Below are positions 61,443 through 64,000 of a stretch of DNA of 64,000 bases, piece after piece. The position numbers and the translations under genes are program-made. A model generated the notes under the pieces. It saw only the letters and a list, made by a program, of their open reading frames with translations. It was not told the origin of the DNA and did not search any database. Origin of the DNA: an uncultured delta proteobacterium (GTDB lineage: Bacteria > Desulfobacterota > Desulfobacteria > Desulfobacterales > B30-G6); the NCBI GenBank assembly GCA_963823335.1, contig CAWGLD010000002.1, positions 64,001-128,000 of the forward strand, given 5' to 3'. Each line of letters opens with the position of its first letter. The first letter of the stretch is position 1.

Positions 61443-62429
61443 ATGCTGCCCGATCACATAAAGTCTCCTGGAACACCGAATATCGGCGTGCTGATGAACC
61501 CCCTCAGCGGTGGAAATCTTAACGGTCTGGATTCAGTGCGGAGTGTTATCAACCAGAATCCGCAAGTGCTTCATCGTGATGTTCAGACACCCCAGGATGT
61601 TTTAGAAACCCTGTTGGATTTTGCCCGCCGGGATGTGAATTTATTGGCGGTCAATGGTGGTGACGGTACAGTACAGGCGGTGCTGACCAACCTTTTTCTT
61701 CATCGCCCATTTAGCGTCATGCCGCTGCTTGCCGTCCTGCAATCCGGCACAACCAGTATGACCGCCAGGGATGTGGGGTTTTCAGGATCACGGGCTAAAT
61801 CTTTAAGGAAATTGTTTAAATGGGCCCACAGCGGCGAAGGTGAACCAAAGGTAATTCAGCGCCCGGTTTTGCAAGTTCAAGCACCCGGCCATCCGACCTA
61901 TTACGGTATGTTTTTTGGTGCTTCGGCCATCTACCAGGGGATTGAATACTTCCATCGCAAGGTAAATACGAAAGGACTGCGGGGTGAGCTGGGCCCCGGT
62001 ATAACCATTTTCCGCTTTCTGTGGTCTGCACTCCGACGACGCAGTGGCTTCATACCACCCATAAATGTGTCTGTCACGGTGGATGGCAAGCCGTCACAAA
62101 ACTTCGATTCCTTTGTGGTTCTTGTCAGTTCTCTGGAACGGCTGTTCCTTGGAATTTACCCATACTGGGGTATGGAGTCAGGCCCGTTACATTACACTGC
62201 CGTTCGGGCGCATCCACGGCATCTGCTGATGGCGCTGCCAGGCTTGTTGCGTGGTCGTCGGGGTAAATTCGGCACCATTGAAAACGGCTATTACAGCCAT
62301 AATGCCCATGAAATCAAGTTGAACCTCGACGGCGGTTTCACCCTGGATGGGCAGCTTTATACCCCTGAGAACCGGGAAAAACCCACCGTGGTGCGCTATG
62401 GCGGTGTGGCGAACTTTATACGGATTTAA
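61443..62429 (+). CDS. Diacylglycerol/sphingosine kinase family (candidate ceramide kinase, CpgB-like)
   Basis: NPLSG, NGGDGT, GTT.MTA.D, LDGQ. Confidence 0.85.
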   Translation: MLPDHIKSPGTPNIGVLMNPLSGGNLNGLDSVRSVINQNPQVLHRDVQTPQDVLETLLDFARRDVNLLAVNGGDGTVQAVLTNLFLHRPFSVMPLLAVLQSGTTSMTARDVGFSGSRAKSLRKLFKWAHSGEGEPKVIQRPVLQVQAPGHPTYYGMFFGASAIYQGIEYFHRKVNTKGLRGELGPGITIFRFLWSALRRRSGFIPPINVSVTVDGKPSQNFDSFVVLVSSLERLFLGIYPYWGMESGPLHYTAVRAHPRHLLMALPGLLRGRRGKFGTIENGYYSHNAHEIKLNLDGGFTLDGQLYTPENREKPTVVRYGGVANFIRI

Positions 62430-62544
62430 TGTTGACGGTTTCGTAAAAAGCCCAACTTCTGCGTTGCAGCTTGCTGCGAGGTTCTTCAATTTGAACTTAT
62501 TACGAAACCGTCCAGTTCGGACTTTTTACGGGTTTATCAATGTT
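62428..62544. repeat. MITE-like element with imperfect terminal inverted repeats
   Basis: ttgacggtttcgtaaaaagcc … ggactttttacgggtttatcaa. Confidence 0.6.
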
Positions 62545-63496
62545 GAAAATTCCCCCTCAATTGATCGACATCATCAGTCGTAAGACAGACCGCACAGCCT
62601 CGCCGGCGATCAATGTATTGATGGATGAAATCCTGGAACGCCATGGTGAGTCCGCTAAGGCCATCCTGTTTTACGGCTCCTGTCTGCGCTCGGGGGACGA
62701 CCTCGATGGACTGGTGGATCTCTATTTGCTGGTGGACGACTACCGCAGGGCCTATAAAAGTCGTTTGCAGGCCGCTTTGAACGTGCTGCTGCCACCCAAT
62801 GTTTACTACCTGGAGAAAAAATTCCAGGGTCACATGGTGCGGACCAAGTATGCTGTCCTGTCCCTGGCGGATTTTCAAAAGGGAACGTCCATGGGCTGGT
62901 TTCATTCCTATCTGTGGGGCCGGTTCTGCCAGCCGACTGCTTTGCTGTTCGCGCGTAGCGACAAGGTGGCCCAGCTGGTATTCAAATGCTTTGCCCAGGC
63001 CGTTATGACATTTGTCCGGCGTGTGCTGCCGAGGATTTCGCCTGAATTTACCGCCCGGCAGCTGTGGGGCAGGGGTCTTAGCCTGTCCTATGGTGCCGAA
63101 CTCCGATCGGAAAACCCGGAAAAGCAGGCCCGCCTCTTTGATGCCGCTGCAGCGTATTACGAGGAAATCACGGGTCTGGCAGTGGAAGCCCTTTCCTACC
63201 CCGTTCAAGTCCACAAAAGCGACGCTTTGCCACGCTACAGCGTGCACATTACAGCAGGAGAACGACACATCAGCCGACTGGCGTGGAAACTGCGATCATG
63301 GCAGGGCAAACTGCTTTCCATACTGAGACTCCTCAAAGCCACGGCCACCTTTGAAGGTGGCGTGGACTATATTCTGTGGAAGATCGAGCGTCACTCGGGG
63401 GTCACCGTCCATGTCGAGCCACGACTGAAACAACGCCCGTTATTGGCCATGTGGGTGTTGGCTTGGCGGTTGTACCGCCAAGGTGGGTTTCGATAA
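62540..63496 (+). CDS. Nucleotidyltransferase-fold protein (Tam41-like; CpgC-like by synteny)
   Basis: FYGSCLR…DLYLLVDDY, LPPNVYY, KYA, WGRF.QP, DYILWKIERHSG. Confidence 0.7.
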   Translation: MLKIPPQLIDIISRKTDRTASPAINVLMDEILERHGESAKAILFYGSCLRSGDDLDGLVDLYLLVDDYRRAYKSRLQAALNVLLPPNVYYLEKKFQGHMVRTKYAVLSLADFQKGTSMGWFHSYLWGRFCQPTALLFARSDKVAQLVFKCFAQAVMTFVRRVLPRISPEFTARQLWGRGLSLSYGAELRSENPEKQARLFDAAAAYYEEITGLAVEALSYPVQVHKSDALPRYSVHITAGERHISRLAWKLRSWQGKLLSILRLLKATATFEGGVDYILWKIERHSGVTVHVEPRLKQRPLLAMWVLAWRLYRQGGFR

Positions 63497-63664
63497 AAGC
63501 CCTCTCAAAATAGTATCTTGCATCAATCTCTGTGTTGGGATCACGCTTCAACTCCTCAAAATACTGCAGTATTCACCCCAAGGGCACTTCCTGCTGGCGC
63601 CTGCGGGTTGAAACGATCGCCCGCCTTGATGTTGACCCAAAACCCTATTCTGAGAAGGCTTTTA
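63494..63664. repeat. MITE-like hairpin element
   Basis: taaaagccctctcaaaatag … ctattctgagaaggctttta terminal inverted repeats. Confidence 0.6.
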
Positions 63665-63753
63665 GTATTTTAGTAAATAAAAAAGGATCATCTCCAAAAG
63701 AGTTGATCTAAAAGAAGGATTCCAGGATTCCAGGATTCCAGGATTCAAGTGAT

Positions 63754-64000
63754 ATGCTTAAAAATTATAAAGAGTTAAACGTTTGGCAGAAATCGTACGC
63801 CCTTTGTTTGCATATTTATAAAATCACGAAAGGTTTTCCAAAGGATGAAATATATGGTTTGACCTCCCAAATCAGAAGATCTGCTGTTTCCATACCATCG
63901 AATATCGCCGAGGGATACGGGAGAAAAACGACCATAGAGTATGTGAGGTTTCTTTATATAGCATATGGCTCAGTCTGTGAATTGGAAACCCAAATCATGA
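63754..64000 (+). CDS. Four-helix-bundle protein (23S rRNA IVS-protein family), partial
   Basis: MLKNYKELNVWQKS…FPKDEIYGLTSQIRRSAVSIPSNIAEGYGR…GSVCELETQ; preceded by GGATTCCA x3 plus a partial fourth unit; runs off the window end. Confidence 0.88.
   Translation, partial: MLKNYKELNVWQKSYALCLHIYKITKGFPKDEIYGLTSQIRRSAVSIPSNIAEGYGRKTTIEYVRFLYIAYGSVCELETQIM

Overview
This window is from an anaerobic deltaproteobacterium (Desulfobacterales-like gene content and repeats). Scattered frameshifts suggest imperfect assembly polishing. It has three main blocks. (1) 0-8.5 kb: ihfA and a Liv-type ABC transporter/acyl-CoA ligase operon that ends in an OsmC-like gene with an in-frame UGA and a downstream hairpin (probable selenoprotein). 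(2) 9-24 kb: a RAYT/Y1 transposase bounded by inverted repeats and a pyrrolysine locus. The locus has pylT-pylSc-pylC-pylD-pylSn with no pylB, a corrinoid protein, a hydantoinase-family gene, and amber-containing mttB and mtbB. An unannotated 49-aa Cys-rich peptide lies just downstream. (3) 25-63.5 kb: a ~38 kb envelope supercluster. It joins a near-complete Caulobacter-type sphingolipid pathway (FAAL, reductase, ACP, SPT, GNAT ceramide synthase, LptFG, kinase, CDP-alcohol transferase, NTP transferases) to a NeuB/NeuA/KdsC ulosonic-acid module with transketolase/ALDH/SDR, four paralogous putative sugar transferases, three sulfotransferase-like genes and a PLD. Block 3 is a candidate pathway for an undescribed sialylated/sulfated bacterial sphingolipid. 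Many MITE/REP-like hairpins and 7-8-mer tracts fill the intergenic space. All calls are from motif recognition; no database searches were run.
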